Origin: an uncultured Fibrobacterota bacterium
Lineage (GTDB): Bacteria; Fibrobacterota; Chitinivibrionia; Chitinivibrionales; FEN-1185
Direction of reading: 5' to 3'
DNA length: 64,000 nt
Assembly: GCA_963753345.1 (NCBI GenBank)
Contig: CAVWBU010000027.1
Location: forward strand, 32,001-96,000
In this document: piece by piece, positions 37,987 through 48,612 of the stretch
Position numbering within the stretch: the stretch's first letter is position 1
Layout of the letters: each line of letters opens with the position of its first letter
Translations under genes and position numbers: made by a program
The notes under the pieces: generated by a model
What the model was told of the DNA's origin: nothing
Databases searched by the model: none
Seen by the model: only the letters and a program-made list of their open reading frames with translations

Positions 37987-39545
37987 TGAAAAACGTTCTA
38001 TTCTCTTTTCGTAATGACGTCATTGGTAGCGGTTTTTTCGGTACGGCCCGGTATTTGCGGCGGATGTGGTGAAACTGTCGCCGGAAAAGGTGGTGGAACT
38101 GGCGAAGACGCAGAGCATGGCGGTGAAGGCGTCGGAATATAATGTAAAGGCGCAGGAGAATGCGGTGAAGTCGGCGGTAACAGCGTTTTTGCCGAGCGTT
38201 ACAGCGAGCGCAAGCGCGATGCACTTATACGACAAGCCGCAAATGGAACTCGGCAGCGGAGGCGGATTGTCCTTTTCGAGCCTGCCGGCAGGGATTGACC
38301 AAGGCGACATCATCATGCTCGAATATTTGGGACAGATGTTTTCCAATCTTAACATCGAGACGCCGAACAACATGTACAATGGAAGCCTCAATATTGCTCA
38401 GCCGATCTTTGCCGGCGGCAAGATCCTCAACGGCTATCGTGCCGCGAAGTTCGGCCTTGAGGCGCAGAAAGCACACCCATGGACGCACCGTCACCGAAAT
38501 CGGACTTGCAGCGCAGGATTTCTTCTGGGGATATGTCGGCGCGGTCAAGGGTCTTGATGCGGTGGTCGAAACCCGGCAGTGGCTTGAAACGCTCCTCAAG
38601 GACCAGAAGAAGATGCTCGACAACGGCCTCATCATCGAGCTCGACATGCTCAATACGAAAATCCAGGTTGATAATTTCAAGCTCACGGAAGAGAAAATGA
38701 ACAACGCCATCAAAACGCTCGGCGACCAGCTCCTGGTGTTTCTGGGTCTTGCGCCGGGCTCGGTGATTGACGCCGACACAACGATGCTTTCCGCCACGGG
38801 GCCCGGTTCCTTTGCGGCCTCAACCGATTCGATTGACCAATGGCTTGCCGGCCGTGAAGATATTCTCGCCATGAAGAGCCAGATAAAGGCGCTGCGGGCG
38901 ATGAAAGGTCTTCAGCTTGGCTCGTACTGGCCGACGCTTGCCGCATTCGGCAGCTATGGCGCGAACAATGAGTATTCCCTATACGAAGGAGAATTCAAGA
39001 AGAGCTCGTCCGTTGGCGTTCAGCTTTCGTGGACTTTGCTCGACTGGGGCAAGTCCTGGCGCGACGCGGAGAAAGTGCGTTGGCAGATGCAGGCTGCGCA
39101 GCTTCAGGCAGACAATATGCGCGACATGGTACGGCTCAAATATTTCGAGCTGAGCCGCAAAGTTGACGAAAGCGAAAAGGCATGCGATATCGCCCGTGAA
39201 GACCTCGAGACCGCGCAAAAGGCCCTCAAGATTGCGAAACTCAAATACGAGGCGCAGGCGATCACCAATACGGAATTGCTCAATGCAAGGAACCAATTGA
39301 CCGGAAAGATGGTCGCTTTCACCCAAGCGCGCATCAATGTGATATTGGCAATCGAAGAATTCAAGGTTGCGCCTTATTCCCCAGCGGGTTCGCCATCAAT
39401 GCAAGGTGGCAGTGCAAGCGGCACGGATGCAACGGGAGCGCAACAACAAGACGGTTCTTCACCGCCGGCAGGTGGCAGCGGTGGAATGGGTGGTGGCGCT
39501 CCGGGAGGAATGGGAGGCGGAGCGCCAGGCGGAATGGGTCAGTAA
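37983..39545 (+). CDS. TolC family outer membrane efflux protein (apparent frameshifts near 38010 and 38470)
   Basis: FLPSVTASAS, QPIFAGGK, VGVQLSWTLLDWG, ELLNARNQL pieces spread over successive reading frames. Confidence 0.82.
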
Positions 39546-39595
39546 ATTTGCGAAAACAGATTGTATAACGAAATATCAACGAAGAAGAGGACCTG

Positions 39596-40654
39596 ATGAG
39601 AAAAGAAATGTTGGCAGTGCTCGGCGCGTGCTGTGCCGTTGCTGTGGCATCCCTTTCCGGCTGCGACAGCCTGAAAAACCTGGGGAAGAAGCAGGCAAGG
39701 ACGGAGGCTGCGGTCCAGAGAATAAAGGTGGACGTCGCCATCGACACCGCTGTCCGCCGGACCCTGTACCAGGAACGCAAGCTCCTCGGCACGCTCTCGG
39801 CATACCGCGAAACCGACCTTGCCCCGCTTTCCATGGGGGCCGTGCGGGTGCGGTACCTGCCTGTCAAGATAGGGGACTTTGTGGAACAAGGCCAGATCGT
39901 GGCCAAGATGGACGACGCGCAGTATGTGCAGACCAACGCTCAGTTCGCGTCCATCAAGTCGCAATATGAGCGCTCCAAGGCGCTGTACGATTCGAGCGCA
40001 CTTTCCAAGGCGCAATTCGAAGGCGTCGAGGCGCAATATACGAGCATGAAGCGGCAGATGGAGACTATGGAGGAGAACACCGTTCTCAAGGCGCCGTTCT
40101 CGGGTTTGATAACCGCGAAATCCGTTGAGGAAGGTGAGCTGTATTCGACCCCCATGACGCCGGGTGCGTCAAAGGGACTTCTGCGCATCACTCAGCTCAA
40201 TCCGCTCAAAATAGACCTTGACGTGGACGACCAGACGGTCCAGTATGTCAAGAAGGGAATGCAGGTGCAGCTCACGGTCGACAATGCAAAGGACAGCCTG
40301 CCCGTATTGGGGAAGGTCGACTGGGTGAACCCGGTCGCGAATTCCATGAGCCGCACGTTCGGCGTGCGCATTATCGTGCCGAACCCGCAGCGCAAGCTGC
40401 TTCCCGGCTATTTCGCCGAGGTCCACATTCTTATGGGGAAGAAGGACAATTGCCTGAGCGTGCCGCGTTCTGCGATCGTGGACAGCAGGGTTTTCGTCCT
40501 CCGGGACAGCGTGGCGCTCGCGCAAAGGGTCATGGTGGGAATTTCCACCGAAAACTTTGCCGAAATTACGTCCGGTTTGAACGAGAGAGACCTGGTGGTG
40601 GTGAGGGGAAACAAGGCACTGCCCGACAGCGCAGAGGTGAATGTAGTCAAGTGA
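39596..40654 (+). CDS. RND efflux periplasmic adaptor (MFP) lipoprotein
   Basis: Lipobox LSGC, VKIGDFVEQGQ, LKAPFSG, SRTFGVR, LLPGYFA. Confidence 0.92.
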   Translation: MRKEMLAVLGACCAVAVASLSGCDSLKNLGKKQARTEAAVQRIKVDVAIDTAVRRTLYQERKLLGTLSAYRETDLAPLSMGAVRVRYLPVKIGDFVEQGQIVAKMDDAQYVQTNAQFASIKSQYERSKALYDSSALSKAQFEGVEAQYTSMKRQMETMEENTVLKAPFSGLITAKSVEEGELYSTPMTPGASKGLLRITQLNPLKIDLDVDDQTVQYVKKGMQVQLTVDNAKDSLPVLGKVDWVNPVANSMSRTFGVRIIVPNPQRKLLPGYFAEVHILMGKKDNCLSVPRSAIVDSRVFVLRDSVALAQRVMVGISTENFAEITSGLNERDLVVVRGNKALPDSAEVNVVK

Positions 40655-40683
40655 AAAGTTGAAAGTTATCAAAGGAAGAAGCA

Positions 40684-43600
40684 ATGACAGAACAAGAATC
40701 CACAAAAAAAATCAACCCGCTGGTGGAATTCTCAGTAAGCAAGCGCGTGACCATCACGATGCTCATCCTTATCGTCATGGTGTTCGGGTTCCTGTCGTTC
40801 ACGCGCCTGCCGCTCGACATGCTTCCCGACATTTCCTATCCCGTGATCACCGTGATGACCTCCTACACCGGCGTGGCGCCCGAGGAGGTGGAGCGCCTGG
40901 TGACCGTGCCGCTGGAAGGCGTCATCGCGGGCGTCAATCGCGTGAAGAAGGTGTCGTCCACGACGTCGGAAGGATATTCCACCATTTCGGTGGAGTTCGA
41001 ATGGGGCACCAATCTCGACGCTGGCGGACAGGACATAAAAGACTTCATCAGCCGCATCAAGGACTTTTTGCCCGACGGCGTGAGCGAGCCGCTGGTCCTC
41101 AAATTCAACACCGCGCAGATCCCCATGATGTTTTCCGGCGTAAGCGGCATCGACAACCCGTACAAGCTCAAGAAATTCCTGGAAGACAACGTGCAGCAGA
41201 GGCTGCAGCGGCTTGACGGCGTGGCGCAGGTGCTTGTGTACGGCGGCACCGACCGCGAAATCCAGGTCGCCGTCGACCCGACGCGCCTCAAAGGCAAGGG
41301 ATTGTCGGTGGACGGCATTGCGACAGCGCTCGGCGCCCAGAACATGAACACGCCTGCCGGCTACATGGTGAACGGCGGCACCGACTACCTCGTGCGCGCC
41401 ATGGGCGAGTTCGCCAACATCGACGACATCCGCAACTCTATCGTCGGCGCGGCAGCCGACGGCACGCCGGTGCGGCTCTACGAAGTTGCCGATGTAAAGG
41501 ACACCTACAAGGAAAAACGGAGCCTTTCGCGCATGAACGGCCGGCCCACGGTGTTCCTCATCATTTCGAAACAGAGCGGCGCGAACACCCTTAAGGTGTC
41601 CAAAGCGGTCAACAAGGAAATCGAAGCGATCAAGAAGGCGAATCCGCAGCTCATCTTTCATACCATTTTCGACCAGGGCGAACCTGTGGAGCGTGTTACG
41701 GGAAGAACCATTCGTGAAGGCGTGATCGGCGCGTTTCTCGCGATAATCCTGCTCCTTATCTTTCTGGGCAACCTCAGGCCGACGCTTATTATTGCAGTGG
41801 CCATACCGCTTTCCATCATCACCACGTTCATCGCCCTGTACGTGGGGGGATTCACGCTCAACCTGATGACGCTGGGCGGTTTCGCGCTCGGCATAGGACG
41901 GCTTGTGGACGACGCAGTCGTCGTCATTGAAAACATCTACCGTCACCTCATGAAAGGCGAGCCGCCCAACGTGGCCGCGCGCAGGGGAGCGAGCGAGGTG
42001 AGCATGGCGATCGCGGCCTCCACCTTCACCACCATCATCGTGTTTCTGCCGCTCCTTTTTTCGACCGGGCTTGCGGGCCAGCTCACGCGCGGCCTGTGCC
42101 TTACCATCATGTTCGCCCTGCTGGCCAGCCTTTTTGTCGCGTTCACCATTGTCCCCATGCTGTCGTCGGTGTTCTTCCGCAAACCAAAAAAAGACAACGC
42201 GGCCTGGTTCGAAAGCGTCAAGGACTGGTACGGCTCATGGCTCACGCGCGTGCTCAACCATCCCTGGATCACGGCGGGCGTCGTGGGCGCGGTCCTTGTG
42301 GTGAGCCTTGTCGTGGGTGTCAAGTTCCTCGGCAAGGAATTCATGCCCGAGGAGGACAACGGCATGATGGTGCTCAATGTCGACATGCCGCAGGGAACGC
42401 CGCTGGAGGAGACCGCAGGACTCACCGCACAGCTCCAGAAACTGCTGGCATCGTATCCGGAAGTCGGTTTTGTGGGCGAAATGGTGGGCGTCGACGACGA
42501 AAGTTCGCGTCACGGGGAGGGCGTCACGGGCCCGAACGGCGCCCAGGTGTTCGTCCGCCTGCTTGACCCGGGAAAACGCACGAGGACGCAGCAGCAGATA
42601 CAAGACGATTTCCGTGCTCGCCTGCCTAAACTGAAGAACGCGAACATTACGCTGGCGTCGATGTCCGGGTTCAACATGGGGGGAGGCAAGCCCGTTGCCG
42701 TGAATATTTACGGCAGCAACCTCGCCACCTTGAGCGACATTTCGCAGAATGTTCTTGACAGAATAAAAACGATTCCCGGCATCAAGGAAGCCGAGTCGTC
42801 GTTTTCAAAGGCCAGGCCGGAGTATCACTTTGTCATAGACCGGCAAAAGGCGCTTCTGTACGGCCTGGCGCCCATCCAGGTTCAGACCGCGCTGCAGGCC
42901 GCAAACCTCGGCACGGTGGCCACGCAGTTCAGAACGGGCGACGAGGAGATCGACGTGCGCGTGATTCTTGACAAGCGGTTCCGGGACAAGCTCGATTATC
43001 TCCGGCAGCTGCCCCTGAAAACGCCCGCGGGCGTCACCATTCCGCTCAGCCAGGTCGCGACGATACTCCCCGCGGAGGGGCCGGTGGTGATCAAGCGCGA
43101 CAACAAGTTCCGCGTGGGCATCGTGGACGCCAACATCACGGGCAGGCCGCTCGGCGCCATTGTGTCGGATGTCAAGACGCAGCTTGCGTCCGTCGAAAAG
43201 TCCCTCCCGTCCGGCTATTACATTTCGTACAAGGGCGATTACGAAAACATGCAGGAGAGCTTCCAGCAGCTGGGATTGGCCCTGATCCTTGCCGTCCTTC
43301 TCATTTACATGGTGATGGCCTCGCAGTTTGAAAGCCTGGTGCATCCGTTCACCATCATGTTCACCATTCCGCTGGCGGGCATCGGCGTTGTCTGGATACT
43401 CCTGTTGCTCGGCAAAACCCTTTCCATGGTATCGTTTCTCGGCGTGATCATTCTTACCGGAATCGTGGTGAGCAACGGCATTGTCATGGTGGACTATATC
43501 AACCAGTGCAGACATGGCGGCATGGCCATTCGCGACGCCATCCTCGAGGGCTGCAGAACACGCCTCCGCCCGGTCATTATCACCGCCGGCGCGACCATTA

Positions 43601-43788
43601 TCGCCATGATCCCCATGGGTTTTTTCGGCGGCGCAGAGGGCGCGACCACGAGTTCCATGGCCCTGTCGGTGATCGGCGGCCTTATAAGCGCAACGTTCCT
43701 CACGCTGTTTGTCGTGCCGCTTGTCTACAACGCGTTCGACAGATTCGGCGCATGGGTGAAGCGGGGGTTCAAGAGGGTGATTGGATGA
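40684..43788 (+). CDS. RND efflux permease (AcrB/AcrD/AcrF family)
   Basis: 1034 aa, PEEVERLVT, GRLVDDAVVVIENI, SQFESLVHP, RLRPVI. Confidence 0.96.
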   Translation: MTEQESTKKINPLVEFSVSKRVTITMLILIVMVFGFLSFTRLPLDMLPDISYPVITVMTSYTGVAPEEVERLVTVPLEGVIAGVNRVKKVSSTTSEGYSTISVEFEWGTNLDAGGQDIKDFISRIKDFLPDGVSEPLVLKFNTAQIPMMFSGVSGIDNPYKLKKFLEDNVQQRLQRLDGVAQVLVYGGTDREIQVAVDPTRLKGKGLSVDGIATALGAQNMNTPAGYMVNGGTDYLVRAMGEFANIDDIRNSIVGAAADGTPVRLYEVADVKDTYKEKRSLSRMNGRPTVFLIISKQSGANTLKVSKAVNKEIEAIKKANPQLIFHTIFDQGEPVERVTGRTIREGVIGAFLAIILLLIFLGNLRPTLIIAVAIPLSIITTFIALYVGGFTLNLMTLGGFALGIGRLVDDAVVVIENIYRHLMKGEPPNVAARRGASEVSMAIAASTFTTIIVFLPLLFSTGLAGQLTRGLCLTIMFALLASLFVAFTIVPMLSSVFFRKPKKDNAAWFESVKDWYGSWLTRVLNHPWITAGVVGAVLVVSLVVGVKFLGKEFMPEEDNGMMVLNVDMPQGTPLEETAGLTAQLQKLLASYPEVGFVGEMVGVDDESSRHGEGVTGPNGAQVFVRLLDPGKRTRTQQQIQDDFRARLPKLKNANITLASMSGFNMGGGKPVAVNIYGSNLATLSDISQNVLDRIKTIPGIKEAESSFSKARPEYHFVIDRQKALLYGLAPIQVQTALQAANLGTVATQFRTGDEEIDVRVILDKRFRDKLDYLRQLPLKTPAGVTIPLSQVATILPAEGPVVIKRDNKFRVGIVDANITGRPLGAIVSDVKTQLASVEKSLPSGYYISYKGDYENMQESFQQLGLALILAVLLIYMVMASQFESLVHPFTIMFTIPLAGIGVVWILLLLGKTLSMVSFLGVIILTGIVVSNGIVMVDYINQCRHGGMAIRDAILEGCRTRLRPVIITAGATIIAMIPMGFFGGAEGATTSSMALSVIGGLISATFLTLFVVPLVYNAFDRFGAWVKRGFKRVIG

Positions 43789-43908
43789 TACGGAAAAGCG
43801 TGGATGCGCCAATTCGTTGATGAGGTGGAGCGTTGGAGAGTTAGGGTCTTGAGGTTATAACTGGGAAGAGAGAGCGCCAATGTCCATCCCCGGGCTCAGA
43901 CGACGACT

Positions 43909-44901
43909 ATGATCGCAGTACGAACCGAAAATCTTGCGAAACGCTTCAAGGCCGCGGTTGCGGTGGACGGCATTTCTTTCGATGTGCGGGAAGGCGAGGT
44001 GTTCGGCTTCCTTGGCCCGAACGGCGCGGGAAAGACCACCACCATCAATATGCTTTCGACACTGATCTCGCCGTCGTCCGGCAGCGCCGAAATCATGGGC
44101 TACGACATTGTCAAGAGACGCAACGAGGTGCGCCGCTCCATCGGGGTCGTGTTCCAGGAGCCGGCGCTCGACAGCAGGCTTACCGGCAGGGAAAACCTTG
44201 AGTTCCATGCACACATGTACGGCATGCCGGCACAGGAACGCCGAAGCAGGATCGCCGAAGTGCTTGCACTTGTCGAACTTGACGAAAAGGCGGGCGCACG
44301 TGTGGAAACCTATTCCGGCGGCATGAAACGGAGGCTCGAAATCGCGCGCGGCCTTATGCACCGGCCCAAGGTCTTGTTCCTCGACGAGCCGACCATCGGG
44401 CTTGATGCCCAGACCCGCCGCCATATCTGGACATATGTAAAGAAGCTCAACGATGAAACCGGCATCACCATGATACTCACCACGCACTACATGGAGGAAG
44501 CGGACGCCCTGTCACACCGCATCCTTATTCTCGACCGCGGCCGGATCGTGGCGCTCGACACCCCCTCGGTCCTCAAAGACGTGGTGGGCGGTGACGTGAT
44601 AGAGCTCGTTATCGGCGGCGATGCCACCGCATTTGTCAATTTCATGCGCTCGACCGACTGGGTAACAAACGTCGTCGCGGAGCGCGAAGTCGTGCGCCTT
44701 AGCCTGGACAAGGCCGAGTCGCACGTTGCGCCCGTGGTCCAGGCGGCCGTCGATAGCGGCGTTTCGCTGTCGTCGGTGAGCATCAGGAAGCCGAGCCTCG
44801 ACGACGTGTTCATTCATTTTACCGGCAAGACAATTCGTGAAGTCGGAAACGACGCCGCGGTCGGGAAACGTCCGGGCCGCAGGCACGGGAGACACAGGTG
44901 A
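43909..44901 (+). CDS. ABC transporter ATP-binding protein (DrrA-like)
   Basis: [35 protein letters not shown]. Confidence 0.94.
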   Translation: MIAVRTENLAKRFKAAVAVDGISFDVREGEVFGFLGPNGAGKTTTINMLSTLISPSSGSAEIMGYDIVKRRNEVRRSIGVVFQEPALDSRLTGRENLEFHAHMYGMPAQERRSRIAEVLALVELDEKAGARVETYSGGMKRRLEIARGLMHRPKVLFLDEPTIGLDAQTRRHIWTYVKKLNDETGITMILTTHYMEEADALSHRILILDRGRIVALDTPSVLKDVVGGDVIELVIGGDATAFVNFMRSTDWVTNVVAEREVVRLSLDKAESHVAPVVQAAVDSGVSLSSVSIRKPSLDDVFIHFTGKTIREVGNDAAVGKRPGRRHGRHR

Positions 44902-44920
44902 GCAGGGAAGCGGAGAGACC

Positions 44921-45682
44921 GTGCGGATTGTAATGGTTATTTTTATCCTGTGGCTCAGGGACATGAAACGCTTCATGCGGTCGCCGTCGCGCATTGTCGG
45001 CAGCATAACGCTTCCGCTGCTCACGCTCGTGGCGCTTGGCGCGGGCTTCGGCCGCATGCCGATCCCCGGCATGAATTCCCCGAACTACCTTTCCTTTCTT
45101 GTGCCCGGCATGGTGGGAATGACCATCCTGTTCGGCGGCGTTTTTTCCGGCATGTCGGTGTTGTGGGACCGGCAATACGGGTTTCTCAAGGAAATCATGG
45201 TTGCGCCGGTGCCCCGTGTTGCGATTGTCATCGGCCGCATTGCGAGCGGCAGCACCACCGGCGTTATCCAAGCAACGGTGATCGCGCTGGTTTCATCCTT
45301 CCTCGGCTTTACGCTGCCGTCGGTGTCGGGGTTCATGCTCGCCCTGGTATTCATGATTTTTATTTCGGTGATCTTCACCGGTATCGGGCTCGTGTTCGCT
45401 TCACGCATGAAAGACGAGCAGGGGTTCGGCCTGATCATGAATTTCCTCATCCTGCCGTTCCTGTTCTTGTCGGGCGCCTTTGCGCCGATCAACAACCTGC
45501 CCGCATGGGTGAGAACTCTTTCGTACGTTGATCCCCTGACCTATGGTGTCGAAGGCCTGCGGGCGGCGCTGCTCGGCGCGTCGGCGATCTCACTTGCCCT
45601 GAGTTTTTCCGTGTGCGCGGTGTGCGCAACGCTGCTGGTGCTTGTGGGCGCATGGTTCTTTGAAACGAGCGAAGCGGTGTAG
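44921..45682 (+). CDS. ABC-2 type permease (DrrB-like)
   Basis: YLSFLVPG, DRQYGFLKEIMVAP, FLSGAFAP, PLTYGVEGLR. Confidence 0.92.
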   Translation: MRIVMVIFILWLRDMKRFMRSPSRIVGSITLPLLTLVALGAGFGRMPIPGMNSPNYLSFLVPGMVGMTILFGGVFSGMSVLWDRQYGFLKEIMVAPVPRVAIVIGRIASGSTTGVIQATVIALVSSFLGFTLPSVSGFMLALVFMIFISVIFTGIGLVFASRMKDEQGFGLIMNFLILPFLFLSGAFAPINNLPAWVRTLSYVDPLTYGVEGLRAALLGASAISLALSFSVCAVCATLLVLVGAWFFETSEAV

Positions 45683-45755
45683 AAATGTGTTGAAGTGTTG
45701 GTGCGTTGGAGCGTTAATGGGTTGAGGAGCAGACGCATGGATTTAATGGAAGAAA

Positions 45756-45783
45756 AGAAAGGCGTTCGGATTAACGCCTTTCT
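45756..45783. terminator. Hairpin between convergent genes (likely bidirectional terminator)
   Basis: AGAAAGGCGTT-CGGATT-AACGCCTTTCT. Confidence 0.6.
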
Positions 45784-45825
45784 CGTTTTACGGAAACTCT
45801 CTTGCTTTTAGAGAACCGAGAAAAT

Positions 45826-46761
45826 TTATTGAAACCAGCGGCGCGTTTTTGCCGTTTTGCCCGTCTTTTTCCGCACATCCTTTGAAGGGGCTGCCGCCGG
45901 TTTGTTCCGGCTTGCGGTGTCCGGCTTTGCCGCAGCCTTAGCCGCGGTATCCGAAGAAGAATCCCTTGGAGGAGGAAGACCGGACAGCGACATGTATCCG
46001 GAATCGTCGAGCATGTGCCTTCTGTAAAGATTGTTCGCCATCACCGTGACTCGCTTCTGAATGAACGCGCTCTTGTCGTTGAGAGGGGAAAGCCTGCTCG
46101 GCATGGCAAGCGTGGCGGCAAGCCGCGATGCTTCGGCCATGGTGAGCCGGGAGCTTGACTTTTTGTAATACTCACGGGCCGCCGCTTCGCATCCGAAGAT
46201 GGTGTCGCCCCATTGCGCATAGTTGAGGTAGAGCTCGAGGATCCTGTCTTTGCCGAGGTACTTTTCCAAAAGCAGAGTGTATCCCATTTCCTTTATCTTG
46301 CGCATGAAATTCTTGTCGTGGTCGCAGAATAGATTTTTCGCGAGCTGCTGTGTGATGGTGCTCGCGCCACGGACGATCCGGTTCTTGTCCTTGTTGTACT
46401 CGATGGCCGCAAGCATCGCCTCGATGTCGAACCCCGGGTGCGTGTAGAAGCCGTCGTCTTCAACGGCAATCACCGCGTTCTGCAATGCCGGGGAAATTGA
46501 ATCGAGCGGGACAAAACGCTGCTGCAGCGCGTCAGGCTTCTTCTGTTCTCGCAGGGAAGCCCGGTACTGCTTCATGTAGGCGGTTTCGAGCGGGTTGTGG
46601 TCGACAAGGTACTGAACGTCCCGCAAGGGTCTGGTGACGGCAAACCAGCCCCACACGATGATCGCGGTGCCTGCCAGCGAGAACGCCACCGCGTAAGCGA
46701 GAAACGCGGTCTTGAAAATGTTCCAGATGAGAAAAAAAATCTTGGATAATCGCCACGTCAT
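45826..46761 (-). CDS. mtgA: Monofunctional peptidoglycan transglycosylase (GT51)
   Basis: AVEDDGFYTHPGFD, RGASTITQQLAKNLF, RKIKE, KDRILELYLN; no transpeptidase domain. Confidence 0.9.
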   Translation of the reverse strand: MTWRLSKIFFLIWNIFKTAFLAYAVAFSLAGTAIIVWGWFAVTRPLRDVQYLVDHNPLETAYMKQYRASLREQKKPDALQQRFVPLDSISPALQNAVIAVEDDGFYTHPGFDIEAMLAAIEYNKDKNRIVRGASTITQQLAKNLFCDHDKNFMRKIKEMGYTLLLEKYLGKDRILELYLNYAQWGDTIFGCEAAAREYYKKSSSRLTMAEASRLAATLAMPSRLSPLNDKSAFIQKRVTVMANNLYRRHMLDDSGYMSLSGLPPPRDSSSDTAAKAAAKPDTASRNKPAAAPSKDVRKKTGKTAKTRRWFQ

Positions 46762-46918
46762 TATGGTATACTATTTTAAGAAAAGTTGTCCGGCCGCGCA
46801 CGGAGATACCGTGGTTCCGCGGCGAAGGGTTTAAAATAGTTGTTTTTCTGCGTCATACCTCCTGTTTTCGGCTGCAAGCAAGGATGGCAGGGGGATGATA
46901 ATAGGGGAAGGAAGCAGC

Positions 46919-47371
46919 ATGGAGGACAATTCTTACGGCGTCGTGAGCCTTTTTCTCGTTTTTATGGCCATTGCAATAGCGCTGGGCGCGGTCATTCCCA
47001 CGGCGCCGCTCATGGGTGCATTGTACGTTGTGATCGTCCTGTTCGGCTTTGTGCTCGTACTGGTTTCCTACTGCGCAAAATGCCCGTGTCGCCAGGGCGG
47101 CTGCGGCCATGTTATGCCGGGAAAACTCGTTAAATTCCTTCCCAAGAGAAAAGAAGGACCGTATTCGCTCACCGATTACGTCTTCACCGCAATCGGCCTG
47201 GCAGCCATTCTTCTCATTCCGCAACTATGGCTGATCCGCAACATTCCCGCGCTCGTTCTGTTCTGGGGATGCGCGGTCGTTGCGGCGCTCATTTCGTACT
47301 TTCTCGTGTGCCCGGACTGTCCGAACAAGAACTGCTATTTGTGCGGAAACAGGGTGAAGACGAAAAAGTAA
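46919..47371 (+). CDS. Hypothetical 4-TM protein with two Cys-rich motifs
   Basis: CAKCPC-x4-CGH and CPDCPNKNC.LC after TM pairs. Confidence 0.75.
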   Translation: MEDNSYGVVSLFLVFMAIAIALGAVIPTAPLMGALYVVIVLFGFVLVLVSYCAKCPCRQGGCGHVMPGKLVKFLPKRKEGPYSLTDYVFTAIGLAAILLIPQLWLIRNIPALVLFWGCAVVAALISYFLVCPDCPNKNCYLCGNRVKTKK

Positions 47372-47536
47372 GACCCGGCTGAAATTGATTGCTGATTACT
47401 TTCCCACTTCGAGCCTCTCATTGACAATGTTCTTCATTATGACTCGTTGACATGATATGCGTGGCCACCCTTGGCGATGTATACCGTAAGCTAACAAGCA
47501 TCGGTCAGTGACGCTAAAGGAGGATTTGTCAACCAG

Positions 47537-48535
47537 ATGACGGACAGACTTTCCATCGGTATTGTCAATTACAACGGCGGGTCCTATCTGAAGAAATGCG
47601 TTCTCTCCGCAATTACTCAGGGAAAGGTTTTCGTTTACGACAACGCCTCCACAGACGGATCATTTGAGACCATTGCGGACATCGAGATCGTCACCAGGAT
47701 CAAGGGGGCAAAAAACCGCGGGTATGCCTTTGCCTGCAACCGTCTCATCGAGGCAATGAACAGCGAATTCGTTGCGGTGGCAAACATGGATTTGGAGTTC
47801 GATCCCTCCTGGTCCGCTCAGATTTGCGCAGCGTTCGATTCCAGCCCTGATGCGGATGCTGTTGCGTCGGTCGTGCTGGAGCATGGAGAACCCGTGACCG
47901 TGAATTTTGCGGGCATGGGATTCTTTCCGGACTTGCACACGCAGAGCATTTACGCCGGATCGGATCCGTCTTCGATTCCCGCAGCGCCGGCTTTTATTTT
48001 CAGCTCCTACGGCGCGGTCATGGCGTTCAGGAAGACGCTCTTCGCGGCGGTCGGTTTTTTCGACGAGGACTATTTTCTCTTCTATGAAGAAACGGAATTC
48101 TTCTGGCGTATGAACCTCTACGGCAGGAAAACGCTGTACTGGCCCGGCGCGCGGGTGTTGCATTACCGGTCGCTTGCCACGCAACGATACTCGCCGCTCA
48201 AGCTGTTTTACACCGAGCGAAATCGGATTTATACCGGCCTGAAAATATTACCCGTTGCACTGTACCCCGGGCTCTTCCTGTGGTCGCTGTATCGGCTGTG
48301 GCGCATGAGGATGGCCGCCGATTCTTCACAAAGGGAAAAAATGAAGGAGAGGGGTTCGTCCGCAATCCGCATTCTGTGGACGGTTGCATCGGCATGGATC
48401 GCCGCGCTCGTGAAGTTCCCGGAAATCGCGCGGAAACGGCGGATCTTGTGGGCCAAATCGGGCGCGAATCCGCGGAAGGCGGCGGCGATCCTGAAGAAGT
48501 ACCGGCTGTCGTGGAGCGCGCTCACGCTCAAGTGA
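47537..48535 (+). CDS. Glycosyltransferase family 2
   Basis: IVNYNG, DNASTDGS, NRGYAFACN, FDEDYFLFYEE. Confidence 0.92.
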   Translation: MTDRLSIGIVNYNGGSYLKKCVLSAITQGKVFVYDNASTDGSFETIADIEIVTRIKGAKNRGYAFACNRLIEAMNSEFVAVANMDLEFDPSWSAQICAAFDSSPDADAVASVVLEHGEPVTVNFAGMGFFPDLHTQSIYAGSDPSSIPAAPAFIFSSYGAVMAFRKTLFAAVGFFDEDYFLFYEETEFFWRMNLYGRKTLYWPGARVLHYRSLATQRYSPLKLFYTERNRIYTGLKILPVALYPGLFLWSLYRLWRMRMAADSSQREKMKERGSSAIRILWTVASAWIAALVKFPEIARKRRILWAKSGANPRKAAAILKKYRLSWSALTLK

Positions 48536-48612
48536 GGCGTCAGGTAAATCTGTTGCCCGCATTTGATTCCGCTCTTTGCTTTTCCCCGAAGAATCTTCTA
48601 TTTTTCCTGGTC

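Noticed and set aside
43440-43500. RND permease lacking the AcrB Lys940 equivalent (GIVVSNG) as an inactive pump
   Set aside because: Many RND subfamilies have a non-Lys residue here; the DD pair and the RLRP motif are intact
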